Of a DNA stretch of 64,000 nt, positions 12,091-25,071 are shown piece after piece. The notes under the pieces were generated by a model. The model was given only the letters and a program-made list of their open reading frames with translations, did not search any database and was not told where the DNA came from. Every line of letters begins with the position of its first letter. The first letter of the stretch is position 1. The DNA lies in NCBI GenBank assembly GCA_051313645.2, contig JBNRSN020000010.1:73160001-73224000 (forward strand). The letters run 5' to 3'. Source of the DNA: Centroscyllium fabricii. Taxonomy: Eukaryota. Made by a program: the position numbers and the translations under genes.

Positions 12091-12927
12091 CAGGTACACA
12101 ATCACTTATCCACAACTCCGAAAACCAAACAGCTCCAAAAACCGAAGGTTTTTTCGGAGCGTCACATGACCCGAGTTGCGCCAAACATGACCTGTTTTGA
12201 AAGCTAATTTGAATCATACCGGTGTAGTAAGTATTACATTCCCATTCCATCCCTTGCACTGCTCGATAGGAAATGTATTTCTTGCCCAGTATATCAATGA
12301 ATGAACTTCTATCACGGTCCAGATACTACTTGTGCCAGACTGAAATTTTATACGGGCTGCAATTTATTATTTTGAGCAGACCATTTGAATTGGTTTTCCT
12401 CGGTTTTATCCCTATCTCACTCGGCCTCCCCCCGCTGCTCCCCCGGCGGGGTGAGCCCTCCCTCAGCTGAGCCCGGCACTTCCCTCCAGTGCCGGGCTCG
12501 TTTTCCGGCTCCCCCGGCGGGGTGAGCCCTCCCTCAGCTGAGCCCGGCACCTCCCCAGAGTGCCGGGCTCGTTCTGCGGCTCCCGGTCCCTCGGCGGCCC
12601 CGCAGGGCTCTGGCTGCAGCCGCACTAGGCCCCTCCCCTTTAATGGGGGAGGACGGCCTGCCGTTCCGCAGGCCGCCGCTGTGGCCTCCCTCGCGCAGCG
12701 CGGCGCCCGAGCCCCGGTATCATAAGAATGGCGAAAGTTTTGGAAGAAAGGTCATCGACCTGAAACGTCAACCCTGCTCCTCTCTCCACCGATGCTGCCT
12801 GGCCTGCTGAGTTTCTCCAGCGTTTTCTGTTATTGCACCTGAATCAATGCCTTGCACCTAACATAAGAAGCCCACAATCTCCTACCATCTGGTCCCCGAC
12901 GGTTTCGGATAAAGGGTTGTGTACCTG
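12091..12927. mobile_element. Tigger-like MITE with TA target duplication
   Basis: TA|CAGGTACACAATCACTTATCC ... GGATAAAGGGTTGTGTACCTG|TA. Internal GC-rich ~70-bp duplication (12420-12590) and a Penelope-type fragment (~12735-12832). Confidence 0.85.
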
Positions 12928-13087
12928 TACTGGAATTCCAGTACTATCTAAACATCATCACTCCAAATGCCGCACCCCCCGCCCAGAGGAGGTAACCACT
13001 AATATAAAGTATTGGGTGATGTCTGTATTATGGGGATTTCAATTTCCCTAACATTAAATGATCTGATGGTGAACCATCTAGTGTAAA

Positions 13088-14300
13088 GAAAGACATACAT
13101 GTATATAACGCCTTTCACAACCTCAGGATGTCCCAAAGCACTCAACAACCAATGAAGTACTTTTGAAGTGTAGTCACTGTGTTATGTAGAAAATGCAGTA
13201 GCCAATTTGCGCACAACAAGCTTCCACAAACAGCAATGTGATAATGACCACATAATCTGTTTTAGTGGGGGGGATTTTCGGAGGGCCGTGAGTGCAGGGT
13301 TCTGGCGGGGTGGGGGGCAAAAAAAAAAAATCACAATTCCGGCTGGCGGGAAGCCACCCCGCTGGATTCCCACCCATTTGCGATTTTCCTCGGGCGTGTT
13401 TTGCCGCCCCGAATGTTTCCCGCCGGCCGCGATGCAGGATGAGCTCGTTGAGGGCCTTTAATTGGATGGGTAATCCTATTTTAAGGGCCCTCAGCTATTT
13501 TAGCCCTCTTCCCACCCAAAACCGCCTGGTGGGAACCCCGCCGGTGAAAGGTGGTGGACACCCAGTCGGCTGGGTATCTGCCACCTTCAAGGCATGGGCA
13601 CAGCACCCACACAGCAGCTTGCTAGCCTCCACCATGCTGGAGGTGCAGCTGCCACCCAAGGGTGATAAACTTCAGAGCCTAAAACATAGAAATCACTCCG
13701 CTTTAAATCCCTGCTATTCATATAGAGATCGGCGTGCTGCGCTGTGTGAGCCAAGCTGTCAATCACCCAGGGGATCAGTTTCTGTTTACATTCGATTGAA
13801 ACCACAAACAAAGAGTTCAACTGTTTGTTTTGTGGTTTTAGTGTTCCCTTTCATAATGTGACTCACAAAGGCTAGGTCAACATGGAAACAAAGGAACCAC
13901 TTGAGCACTGTCAATCACGCTTAGTAGTTTTTTTTACTACTCAGACTATTCAGGCCTGTCAATCAACAGCCCGCCCCACTCAAACTGTGAATGATAAGGG
14001 CTGAGTTCCTGCCCAATAGTGTGTATTGGAAGCCCAGCAGACCATCTGAGATTTAATTGGTCACTTGAGCCAAAATCGTTCGGGCCTCCCAGGTCCTTGG
14101 GCGGGTGGGACAGAAAGCTGACCCGCCCAAACCCCAACAGCTTCCCACACCTTTTTAAAAATTCCCCCCCGTGATGTTGATTGAGGGATAAATATTGGCC
14201 AGGACACTGGGGAATAACTTCTCATGTCTTCTTTGAAATAATGCCATGGCATCTTTTACGTCATTCTGACAGCAGTCAGGGCCTCGGTTTAACGTCTCTA
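13088..14300 (-). mobile_element. Deu-domain SINE (SacSINE1/AmnSINE-like) split by a MITE
   Basis: CCCAAAGCAC..AGCCAATTTGCGCACA..CCACAAACAGCAATGTGATAATGACC..ATCTGTTTTAGTG resumes as GATGTTGATTGAGGGATAAATATTGGCCAGGACAC after 14170. Confidence 0.8.
13268..14170. mobile_element. PIF/Harbinger-type MITE
   Basis: TIR GGGGGGATTTT...AAAATTCCCCCCC with apparent 3-bp duplication GTG, splitting the Deu-SINE. Confidence 0.7.
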
Positions 14301-14380
14301 GAAGGCAGAATAATGGAAACATTTGTTGATACCACTGATGATTGTTTTCTAACATGGCATGTTAGTGATGAGACTCGGGA

Positions 14381-14691
14381 TCATAGAATCCCTACAGTGC
14401 AGATAGAGGCCATTTCGGCCAATCGAGCCTGCACTGCCACATATCCCACCCTATCCCTGTAACCCCACATATTTAATCCCCCTAACACTAAGGGTCAATT
14501 TATCCTCGCCAATCAACCTAACCCGCACATCTTTGGACTGTGGGAGGAAACCGGAGCACCCGGAGGAAACCCACGCAGACACGGGGAGAATGTGCAAACT
14601 CCACACAGATAGTCACCCGAGGCCGGATTTGATCCCGGGCCCCTAGTGCTGTGAGGCAACAGTGCTAACCACTATGCCACCGTGCTGCCCC
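14381..14691 (-). mobile_element. V-SINE (HE1-like)
   Basis: tRNA head, V-domain and GCACTGTAGGGATTCTATGA tail on the minus strand. Confidence 0.9.
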
Positions 14692-15029
14692 AGGGATATA
14701 CAAATTCTTGATCTAGTTTTTAGCAGTGACATTAGTGCTGTATCAGACCTCCATGTGGGGGACACCAAGGCAACAGTGGTCACAATATAATTAGATTTAA
14801 TCTTATTAGCCAAGGAACGGATACTTACAATTTAATGCTTGCTCTAGATTTCAAAAGGCTAATTTTGCAAAAATGATTTAACATTTGGAAAAAGTTGACT
14901 GGACAACCCTATTAGGCAGGGAAATTAATGCGGAGGGGAAATGGACAGTCTTTAAAACCATTCTAAAAAGGAAAAAGAAGTATGTCTCATGGCTTAAAAA
15001 AGGGCACATGGAAAAACAAAAGCAAAATT

Positions 15030-15690
15030 GATAACTAAATATGTGCAAGGACAAATTAGACTTAAGTAAAAATACTTTGCAAATTAAAGGAATACAGTTC
15101 ACAAGAGAATACACACAAATATTCTTCTGCACAATTAAGGGAAACAAAAGCAACTTTCAGAGCAGCCAAGAGATTAATGGAGAAGATAGTAGACAATTGT
15201 GGTAGCTACATAAGCAGCCAGAGGACCATTAAAGACTGTATAGGGCCATTGAAAAACACCTTAGGAGAGATTCAAATTGACTCCCAAGGTATGGCAGTAG
15301 TGTTAAATGATTGTGTCACATCAGTCTTCACTCCTGTGGATGCTGCTCAATGACCAGTTATAGGTTGCACGATAAAATAGATTGCGCTGCTGGTTAGATG
15401 ACTTCCACCAGACGGTGATTAAAGAGACGAAACATGTGTTTTGTAAGCCCCCTTTTCCCATATCTTTAACAGCTCATTAGAATCTGGGGCTGCCCTTGGA
15501 TTTGAAGATTGCTCATGTAGGTCTGATTTTCAAAAAGGTGACAAGTCAGATCCAGCGAACAACAGATCCATTAGTCTGATGTTAGTAAGATGATTGAAGA
15601 GATTAAAAGAGATGCTCTTTATGATCGCCTGGATAGAGAAAGAGTCTTTGAAACACTCAACACAGCTTCTGGAAGAGGTCATATTTTGCT
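15030..15690 (+). mobile_element. Highly decayed CR1-like ORF2 fragment
   Basis: Remnants resembling IGPLK, VLNDxFxSVFT and IFKKGDKSDPANxRxISL. Confidence 0.6.
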
Positions 15691-16764
15691 AGAATTTAAA
15701 AACCAATCAAGTAATTTTATTTTTTTTAAATAGGAAATTTTCCACTTGCTGTGGAGCTAGTGCCACAGTCCCGGTTAAGTAACTTAAAAAATTTATTAGG
15801 CTGATTTTTCAAGGACTTAAATGTTAAAGAAATATCTTCAGAACCTTTTGGAAAATTCTGGTCAATGTGCTCATGATTGGTACTGAAATTGTGAAGATTT
15901 AAGCTGAGATTGCTTGTATTGTCAAAGATGACATAGCTTTCTTATTAAAAATAGTGAATGATACTCTCTTACAGTTTTTCACAACTTTTGAGTTAAACCC
16001 TGTTCATTTATTTATATAATTTGCACGCAGCATCAAATCACCAGTTGTTTTATCTCCTCAACTGGCAAGACGAATAGGAGCCCCATGATAGAAAGATTGC
16101 TATATTTTCCAACTTCAAAAACACTGACAGTACAGACCATTATCACCTCCACTTCAAATATAAAGAGTGAGGAAAGATCAAGCTTTAAATTTACAGCATA
16201 GAAAGTGCAATAGAATTTAGATGCAGTGTTCAAATATCATAATCATGTTGCATTTAATGTGTTTTGACACCCACTTGTAGTGCTCACTAAAAGTCAGTTA
16301 TACGGCTCAAAAAGGTGAAGGGTTTGCTCCTACTGTCCAATGCAAAAAACTTACTTCCATAATCTTTATTCTATAAACTTACACCCTCTTCTACCAAAAT
16401 TCAGCATTCAATTTAATGATAAAAACAACTCTACTTACTTTAGCCTTCATAAGTTTGAACCTTATATCCACATTTGCAATATGGTCAATTTAACCATGAG
16501 AATTTTTTTTCCTCCCATTTACCTAGAAAGGCATGACTCAAACCAATACTCCAGGTCAAAATTCCTGCTGGTGTCTCTAAATTAGTTAAAATCCTTACAT
16601 CACTAATGAATCCCATAGTACTCACCATTTTCATCTCAATCCTAAAACTTGAAACTAAAATTACATTTATTAGCTTCTATCAGCTACTTCTGTCAAATGG
16701 GCTTAAAATTAACACCTTTGTCATTACTCACCTATTACTTCTCTGGGTTTTCCATGACTACAAT

Positions 16765-17490
16765 GGACCAGAAATAATGGCATGTGAACGACGCACACCG
16801 TTATTAATGCGCAAATTGGCCAGCAACTCGTGGCGATGAAGAGGTGTCCAGTGAATTGTGAATCGCCACACATTGATGGATGATCTGCACAGCTCCACCG
16901 TTAGCTTTACAAAAACGCCATCTCATCCATAACCTCCCCATGATTTTCATGAAGTTGATGCATTTACCCGTTAGTCTTGCCACAGAAAATTAACTATAGT
17001 AATTAACAGCGCACTTACCCTTTTAATGATGTGATAATTGTTAATAATGATCAATCAACCTCTCTTTCCCAGAAAGTAAACAATTACAAGTGTAGAGTCT
17101 TGTTTCTTCAGATTGTGAAATGTTTTAGATTTTTAAAATGTCATTTTAAATGTTTTTCCCATACTTTTCCTTTGTCTCTTTTCTCTCTCTCTCTCTCAAT
17201 CCTATCTTTCTTTCCCTCTCTTCATTTCTCTTTCTGTACCTGATTTGACATTGAATTCACCCCCTCTAAGTCACCCTCCTTCTCAGCCCTTCCTCGGTTT
17301 ATTTCTCAATCCTTAAATCTCATTGGTTAAGATATACTATCTGTCCCGTTGTTCACTCAGGTCCCAGATGTCCTGGCTGTGCCATCATCAGCTCTAACGT
17401 CCAGCAATTGTGTGGGCAATTTTTTTTTAAAAACCTAAACCTGCATGAACATGTCTAATAGGGCACACCACATCCAGCAAAATCTGGACC
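16765..17490. mobile_element. PIF/Harbinger-type MITE
   Basis: GGACCAGAAAT...AAAATCTGGACC imperfect TIR, flanked by AAT/ATT. Confidence 0.6.
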
Positions 17491-17567
17491 ATTATCAATT
17501 AGTGGACCTAGGGTTAGACCTCAACAGATATACTTAACTGCGCCATTTATTAACTCATGCACAATAA

Positions 17568-17730
17568 TGGGGATAGGGTGGGATATGTGTCGGTGCAGGT
17601 TCGATAGGGATATGGGGAGAGGGCAGGGACAGGGTACTGGGTTTGGATGATCAGCCATGATCTCATTGAATGGCGGAGCAGGCTCGAAGGGCCGAATGGC
17701 CTACTCATGCTCCTATCTTCTATGTTTCTA
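17568..17730 (+). mobile_element. 5'-truncated V-SINE with CR1 tail
   Basis: Matches the 3' half of the SINE at 6686-7077. Confidence 0.8.
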
Positions 17731-18625
17731 GAACTTGAGTACACAATATATAAAATGCTAAGTGCTATGGAGAAGGTAAACCCATGTTATTACCTCAAAG
17801 TGCACTACGAAGGTAGAGCAGAGGACACAAATGGAAGAGAGTAAACGAACAGATTTAGAAATGCTTCTTTACACAGAGCAATGAATGTTTAGAATAATCT
17901 ACCAAGCAAGGTAATATAGCCAAAATACTGGGATTCAAAATACAATTTAATACCATTATGGGCAAGCTAATGTACTAGAGGAATAAGTTTCAATAGGACA
18001 AATGATCTTTTTATGGATGTTATGCTCTCTCTTTTTAAATGGATTTAAAACACATTGAAGACATTTTGTAATGCCAAAGAGGGAATTTAAAATGCAGTCA
18101 TGGAAATATAAGCTCCTGAGTGGGTTAACCTAATGCTGAAGAAGTAGCTTAGAAGAGGACAGGTGCATACACAAAAGACAGTGGAAAATCGAGAAGGAGC
18201 CAGGGAATATTTGAGGCAGAAACGAAAAAACCCAATTCGATTGTGTCAAAAAAAACATTTGCTGAAGTGATGTTTGGTCAAGCAAACTCAGTAGTAATTT
18301 TTTCCTCAAGAAACATGCAACTAAAACAATTTGATGCAAGTTATTTTGGGTACATCAAGAGCATTTAGGATAAATAGAAACAACCAAGATTTTTTAAAAA
18401 TCCCTCTAGTGACTAGTCTAGCTGGTCCTTTATCACGTGAGCTTAGACGTTGAAGATTATTTGACCATCAGGATACAGGAGTGGGAGGACAGAAAAGCAG
18501 TCAAGTTTCATTCTGCAATAACAACAGAAAATGCTGGAGAAACTCAGCAGGCCAGGCAGCATCGGTGGAGAGAGAAACCGAGTTAACGTTTCAGGTCGAA
18601 GTTTCATTGTGCCCTCATTTGATCT

Positions 18626-20140
18626 TTGCATACATACACCCGGAAGGCAGCAGGACCGGACGGTATTCCCGGGCGCGTCCTCAAGGCCTGCGCTGACCAG
18701 CTGGCGCCAGTGTTCACGGTGATATTCAATCTATCCCTGACCCAGTTCATTATACCTACATGTTTTAAAATGTCCACTATAGTCCCTGTGCCCAAGAAAG
18801 CACACCCAGCCTGCCTGAATGATCATCGCCCTGTAGCACTCACCTCTGTTGCCATGAAGTGCTTTGAGAGGCTAATCAAAGATTATATCTGTTCCTCTCT
18901 ATCCGGCACCCTGGATCCACTGCAGTTTGCCTACCGCCCCAATAGATCCAGGGGCGATGCCATCGCACACGTCATGCATACCGCCCTATCCCACCTGGAC
19001 ACCAGAAAGGGGAACTATGTGAGGATGCTGTTCACTGACGATAGTTCAGCTTTCAACACCATAGTCCCCTCCAAGCTCAGGGACCTGGGACTGCACAGCT
19101 CCCTGTGTAACTGGATCCTCGACTTCCTGACGGGTAGACCCCAGGTGGTGAGGGTAGGCGGCTACACCTCATCGACCATCATTCTCAAAATGGGCCCCCC
19201 CCCCCCAAGGCTGTGTCCTGAGTCCCCTCCTGTACTCCCTGTACACACACGACTGTGTGGCCATGCATGACTCCAACACCATCGTTAAGTTTGCTGACGA
19301 TACAGTTGTAGTGGGCCTGATCAACAACGACGAGAAGGCCTACCTGAAGGAAGTGGAGAACCTGTCACTGTGGTGCCAGGACAACAACCACTTCCTGAAT
19401 GTCAGCAAGACTAAGGAGCTGATAGTAGAGTTTGCGAGGAAGCAGGAGAGGTACTATAACTCTCTCACGATCAATAGAACCCCAGTAGAGAGGGTGAGTA
19501 ATTTCAGATACCCCAGGGTCCATCTTTCTGATCACCTGACATGGTCCCTTCATATAGACACCTTGGTGAAGAAGGTGCGGCAGCGTCTTTACCATCTCAG
19601 AAGCCTGAGGAAATTTAGAATGTCCCCCCAAATACTAAACAACTTTTATAAATGTACTATTGAGAGTATCCTGTCGGGGAGCATCACCGCCTGGTATGGC
19701 AACAGCACTAAACAAGACCGTAGGGCCCTGCAGAGGGTAGTACGGTCGGTAGAGCGTACCACCGGGGGTACACTCCCTAACCTGCAGATATCTACACCAG
19801 GTGGTGCATGGCTATGGCTAAGAAGGTCATTAAGGATCCTAGTCACCCGAACAACGGCCTCTTCTCACTGCTGCGGTCAGGAAAACGCTACCGCAGCATT
19901 AAGACAAACACAGAGAGGCTTAGGAGGAGCTTTTACCCCCAAGCCATCAGGATCATAAATTAATATGCTGCCATGGGTCGGCATACCGACGATTGAATGC
20001 TTTTTCTTCTTATAATTGCTAATTTATTATTTGTATTTATTGTTATCCGGAGAGCAGACATGGAGCTTGCAACTAAGCATTTCACTGCACTTTGTACATG
20101 TATAATGATGTATGTGACAAATAAAGTAAACTTGAAACTT
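18626..20140 (+). mobile_element. Rex1/Babar LINE RT fragment with 3' tail
   Basis: [60 protein letters not shown]. Tail TGTGACAAATAAAGTAAACTTGAAACTT. Confidence 0.93.
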
Positions 20141-20337
20141 TCCCAGCAGAGAGCAATCAATAGGGGAAATCTAGCTGATACTTCCCCTCCCTAGCCCGGG
20201 AACTAAAATGGATATCTGAACCCAATTTTATTATTAAAAACTGTTCCTCTACTTTATGTGATTAATTTGACACAGCTGCTGTCCAATGGGATTCAGAGAA
20301 CAGTTGAGAGCAGGATTTTAAAGGTTTGTGGTAAGTA

Positions 20338-20695
20338 CAGGTTGCGCACCAGAAATCTGGCACGGGCGGGACCAGGCCCGTGCCGGGAAAGTGAAAAATC
20401 CGGCAGAATGAATTCGGTCAGTGCGCATGCGCGCACCATGCAAAATGGCCGCGCACATGCGCACAACATTGGAAATGGCCGCTGAACATCTTTGTGGCGT
20501 CTCAGCTGATGGCCAGCAGGCTGCTCCGGGAAACGCGCGCTTCACCTTGGCGGGCGCTCGGGACTCGCACATTCAAAACGCGGCGCGAGCCGCCGCGCCC
20601 TGACGCCACGGAAGGCCCGGCGGCCGTTTTGAATGATCTGCGCATGCGCTAGCCGTCCGGCCACGCATGAGCAGATCATTCAAAACACCCGGCAG
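20338..20695. mobile_element. Tigger-like MITE, 3'-truncated
   Basis: TA|CAGGTTGCGCACCAGAAATCTGGCACGG. Near-identical to the 5' part of the full copy at 61655-62186. Confidence 0.85.
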
Positions 20696-21706
20696 TGTGT
20701 ATTATTGTAGAGAGGTGTTTAAAGTCTGCCAATAGCTCAGCTAGATGTTGCTGGTACAGCCCCAAAATGCCTTTCTTGCGTGCTTAGAAATACCTGGCAT
20801 TTTGATCCAGAACTGTGGGGCTGGAAGAAGTTTACAACAAAAAAGTTGGTTTAATGGGAAATAAAGGACTTTCTAAATTTATAATGTAATATGATATATA
20901 TGGTAAAGATCACTGACTTCACGCTGGTAATATTATTAGTTTAAAACGAGAAAATCTTCAATATAGATATTTTTTCCTTTAAAAAGCAAGCATTACACAG
21001 CTCCAATGAATCACTTAGTATTCTGTAGTTTATTTATTGTCACGTGGTACTTCCATCATGTCAAGTTCATCAGCAAAGGGATACTTATAGTTGCCTGAAA
21101 GCCAACAGTTGATGAAATATGGATTTTAACAAATACCTCCATGAAGAAAAAGACTTGCCACTTATACAAATACAACCCACTAGATTATACATAATTGAAT
21201 GCTGGTCCGATCACACTGCAACAGGGCCCATCTTAAAAACCAGAGTTACAAGAAAGTTTATGAAGTCAAGTAATGGTGTGATTGTGGTTTAAAGTCATCA
21301 ACAAGATAAATCATTAGCGCATGTTACTTTTTGTTGTTGCCGAAAAGAGGTAAAAATTTGAGCTGTCAAATCTACGATATCAGAATACTTCCAATAAGCC
21401 CAGCACTGACTGGCTATATAAAAAAAGCATTTATTTCCGCAGCTCTCAAAAAGGATTTTAAGAGGGGTGACCCCAGACCAAAATGGATGTACAGCGTCAA
21501 ACAGATATCATTTACAGTTGCACATACAATTGTCTTGAGCATATCAATGAATAGGAACATTGTGTCTGCGAGTCTCTGACCTCACCTATGCTGCACCCTC
21601 CAAGCAGCCAACTCAGAATGGCAATGGTAGCAGATTTCCCATAGAAAGAAAAAAAGGGAGTAAGTAGCAAAGAAACGCAAAAAAAACCCACCCACACGAT
21701 ACATAC

Positions 21707-21870
21707 CAATGTGGTCAAAATTGTCAATTAGTGTGTGCACAGTTGCCGCTTGAAGGTGGAGCCGTTTCTCTGTCAATGCAGTTATTTTTTCACTTCCATC
21801 CCCTGAGTGAAACAAATTGGGTGCAAACACCACAGCAAGGTTACTGGCATCCATTTTGTTATCTTCTGAC
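21707..21870 (-). CDS. ARHGAP11A: ARHGAP11A coding exon 5 (RhoGAP domain C-terminus)
   Basis: TTTAG acceptor and GTATGT donor. 164 nt, (R)SEDNKMDASNLAVVFAPNLFHSGDGSEKITALTEKRLHLQAATVHTLIDNFDHI(G), containing the RhoGAP NLAxxFAPNL motif. Confidence 0.97.
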
Positions 21871-22199
21871 CTAAATGGAAAAAAAAAATCAGTTCACCAG
21901 ATTGACTTGAAACAATTTTTGAAATCATCTTCACATCTCTTTACTTCTTCTCCACCTTTCCATTTTACATAGTGTTTTGTGCATGCCTTTAAATACCTCT
22001 ACACGGCTCGATTTCCTGATTGTGGGGCCAAATTCATACCAATCTCTTAAAAGTGCTGTATAACCGCTCAGTACAAGATATAGAAAATCTGCCCAGGGTG
22101 ATGTATTTTCAAATTTGCCTTCCCTCCTTATAAAGTACATGGCCCTGAGCTAAGTAGAAATTAATGTTGTGAATTGTGAATGTCAACTGACTGCAAGAG

Positions 22200-23940
22200 A
22201 AATATCAAAGCTGCAAGAGAAATGTCAAGGCTCTAGAGCACAGCAAGAGTTTTGGGTAAAAATAAGCAGAGTGGGTCAAGAAGGGACAGACAGAGTAACA
22301 AAGGTAATAGGGCATCAGTGACTAAGGTGACATCAGGGAAAATTAAGAAAAGAAAGTCAAAGCTAAAGGCACTATATCTGAATGCACGAAGCATTTGCAA
22401 CAAAATAGAAGAATTAATAGCTCATATAGAAATGAATAGATTTGATCTAATAGCCATCACGGTCGATGTCCCGACTCCATCGATTTGTGGCCAACCCATG
22501 CTATTTTCCCATGATTGACCTAGTTAAGCCCGCCCAGCGGGCTTAGCAGGTCAATTAAGGGAAAGCCAGTTGCAGACATTTTTGACAGATGAATTGTCAT
22601 CGTTTGACAGCTCTGTGAAGCTGTCAAACAGTGACAATCTCTAATGTCAAGACCTCATCAACCTTCTTTCTTTTACAGAAATTAGATATTTGTTGCATCG
22701 GAGAATGCAACGGCCATCTCTCAGCTGCAACACGGAGGTGCGAGACTCTCCGCATACAAACCAACTGAAATCTGCAGGAAGAAACAAAGGTAAGTACACT
22801 TTTATATACACTCTGCATTTACCTCAGATACTCACCTCTACACTCTTGCACCCATCACTTACTTTCACACCACACTTTTGCACCACTCCGACCCCCGTAG
22901 ACCGAGTACTCGCCTTGCCGGTGGGTTTTGGAGCCCGCACTTGAGGGCAAAGAGGATAATCATATTTTATGCCTGTTAACAGGCAGTTAATAGGCTTTAA
23001 TCCCTTCCCGTCTCCAAGGAGATGGACCCGGTGCGGGACAGCTACCCGCCTCCTGGGAAGATGCCCCCAAATTCTGCCATTTTCCTGGCAGTCCTGCCTC
23101 CCCAGGGCTGGCGAAATCGCCCCAAGATCTTAGCTCTGAAAATCAAGAAGTAGAATCAGTTTGGGTGGAGCCAAGAAACAGCAAGGGGCAGAAAACATGG
23201 TAGGAGTTGTTTATAGGCCCTCAAATAGTAGTCAGAATGTAGGGCAGAGTATAAATCAGGAAATTAGTTGTGCATGTAACAAGGGTAATACAGTAATCAT
23301 GGGGGACTTTAATCTACATACAGGCTGGGCAAACCAAATTTGTAGTAATAGTGTGGAGGATGAATTCATGGAATGTATACAAGATAGCTTTCTAGATTAG
23401 TATGTTGAGGAACCAACTAGGGAACAGGCTATTTTCGATCTAGTATTGTGCAATGAGAAAGGGATAATTAATAACCTTGCATTCAGAGGCCTTCAGGAAA
23501 GAGTGACAATAATATGAGAATATAAAATTCTACGTTTGAATGTGATTTGGTTAAATCCGAAACTAGGGTCTTAAATCTAAACAAAGTAAACTACGTAGGT
23601 ACGAGGAGCAAGTTGGCTAAGATAGATTGGGAAACTACATTAAAAAGGTATGATGTAGACAAGCAATGGCTAGCATTTAAAGAATTAATGCATAATTTAC
23701 AACAAATATACATTCCTTTAAGGCACAAAAAACCCCACAGGAAAAGTGGTCCAACCGTGGCTAACAAGAGAAGTTAAAGATAGTGTTTGATTAAAGGAAG
23801 AGGCTTATAATGTTGCCAAAAAGAGCAGTAGGCTTCAGGTTTGGGAGAATTTTAGAATTCAGCAAAGGAGGACCAAGAAATTGATAAAGGAAAGGAAAAT
23901 AGAGAGTAAACTAGTGAGAGACATAAAAACAGACTGTAAG
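22200..23940 (+). mobile_element. CR1 ORF2 endonuclease region interrupted by Harbinger-related sequence (~22465-23125)
   Basis: LKALYLNARSICNK..DLIAIT, then GVVYRP, VIMGDFNL, QYVEEPTR and LDLVL motifs. Confidence 0.85.
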
Positions 23941-24650
23941 TTCATCCACTCAATCAATGTTCAGCTTGGATGCAACAAACAAAAAGATCACACAGATGTG
24001 TGCAAGAATCCCAGGCAGCTGCGATGGTGCTTTTATCCTGCGCCAGTCTACCCTCCCAGAGCTCATTGGACCTCGAAGCAGAGTGAGCGGCTGGCTCCTT
24101 GGAGACAAGGGCTACCCCTGAAGACGTGGCTGATGACACCCGTTAGGAGGCCAAACAATGAAGCCCAGGCGAGATGGAATCAAAGCCACACGACCATGAG
24201 AACAGTTATCGAGCAAGCAATCGGAATGCTGAAGATGTACTTTAGGCGCCTGGACAGATAGGAATGGGTGCACCTGGAAAGTAAGTACGCATGAGTGATG
24301 TGCTGGAATCAGCTTGGGAAGAGAATCTTCCTGTGGGCCCTTACAGAATGCAGCATCAGCTCTAGGGAGGCATCATTTAAGCGACTTGCAGCCTTGCCAT
24401 GTTGGTGCTCCAATAATGCAGTTGCTTCCTCTGATCCCCCACCTGGACAATCCTTCAACTTTCATCTTCGCAAAGTCCCTTTAAATAGTTCAGCTGAAAT
24501 AGACTGATACGTGCTGTCATCACGCCCGCTCGTGAAACCCGGATGTCCAAAGCTAATACAGTGGCTGCATTAAAAAGCCACTGATAAACGCGCTGCTGAA
24601 ACTTCCGGGATCCCCACTGCCAGCGTTGTCGGACAGTTAAAATCCGGCCG
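23940..24650 (+). mobile_element. PIF/Harbinger transposase (HARBI1-like DDE_Tnp_4) pseudogene fragment
   Basis: HSINVQL, (LLGD)KGYPLKTWLMTP, WNQSHTTMRTVIEQAIGMLKMYFRRLDR are Harbinger transposase signatures. Ends near a TIR-like AAAATCCGGCC. Confidence 0.85.
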
Positions 24651-25071
24651 CAAGTTATTGATGCAAATTGGAAACATTAGTGGTGCCAACACAGGTTTCT
24701 AAAGGAAGATCACAGGCTGCAGGTAATTGCCAAATCTGTATTAAACCAGACAGTGTCTTGTGTAATTACACCAATCAGAAACAATAGGGAAATCATTATC
24801 TCTTCAGGGGTTCCCAACACTGGAATGACATGTCCCTTTCTGTTGAACTCTGCTTCAGAGAGAGGGTTTGATCATCAGCTCATCTCCCCAACCCCAGACA
24901 AAAGAGGAGTTAAGAACCAAGCCCCAACTTTCTGTGGGAACATGAAGGAGGTACGAACCAGCACCCACACGAGCAGTCAGCTTTTTAAAAAGATAAAGCT
25001 GCAAGAGTCTTCACTGAGGCAGGATCCGAAAGTCAGAAATGCTGGAAGAATAGTTAGGAGCTATCATGTGA

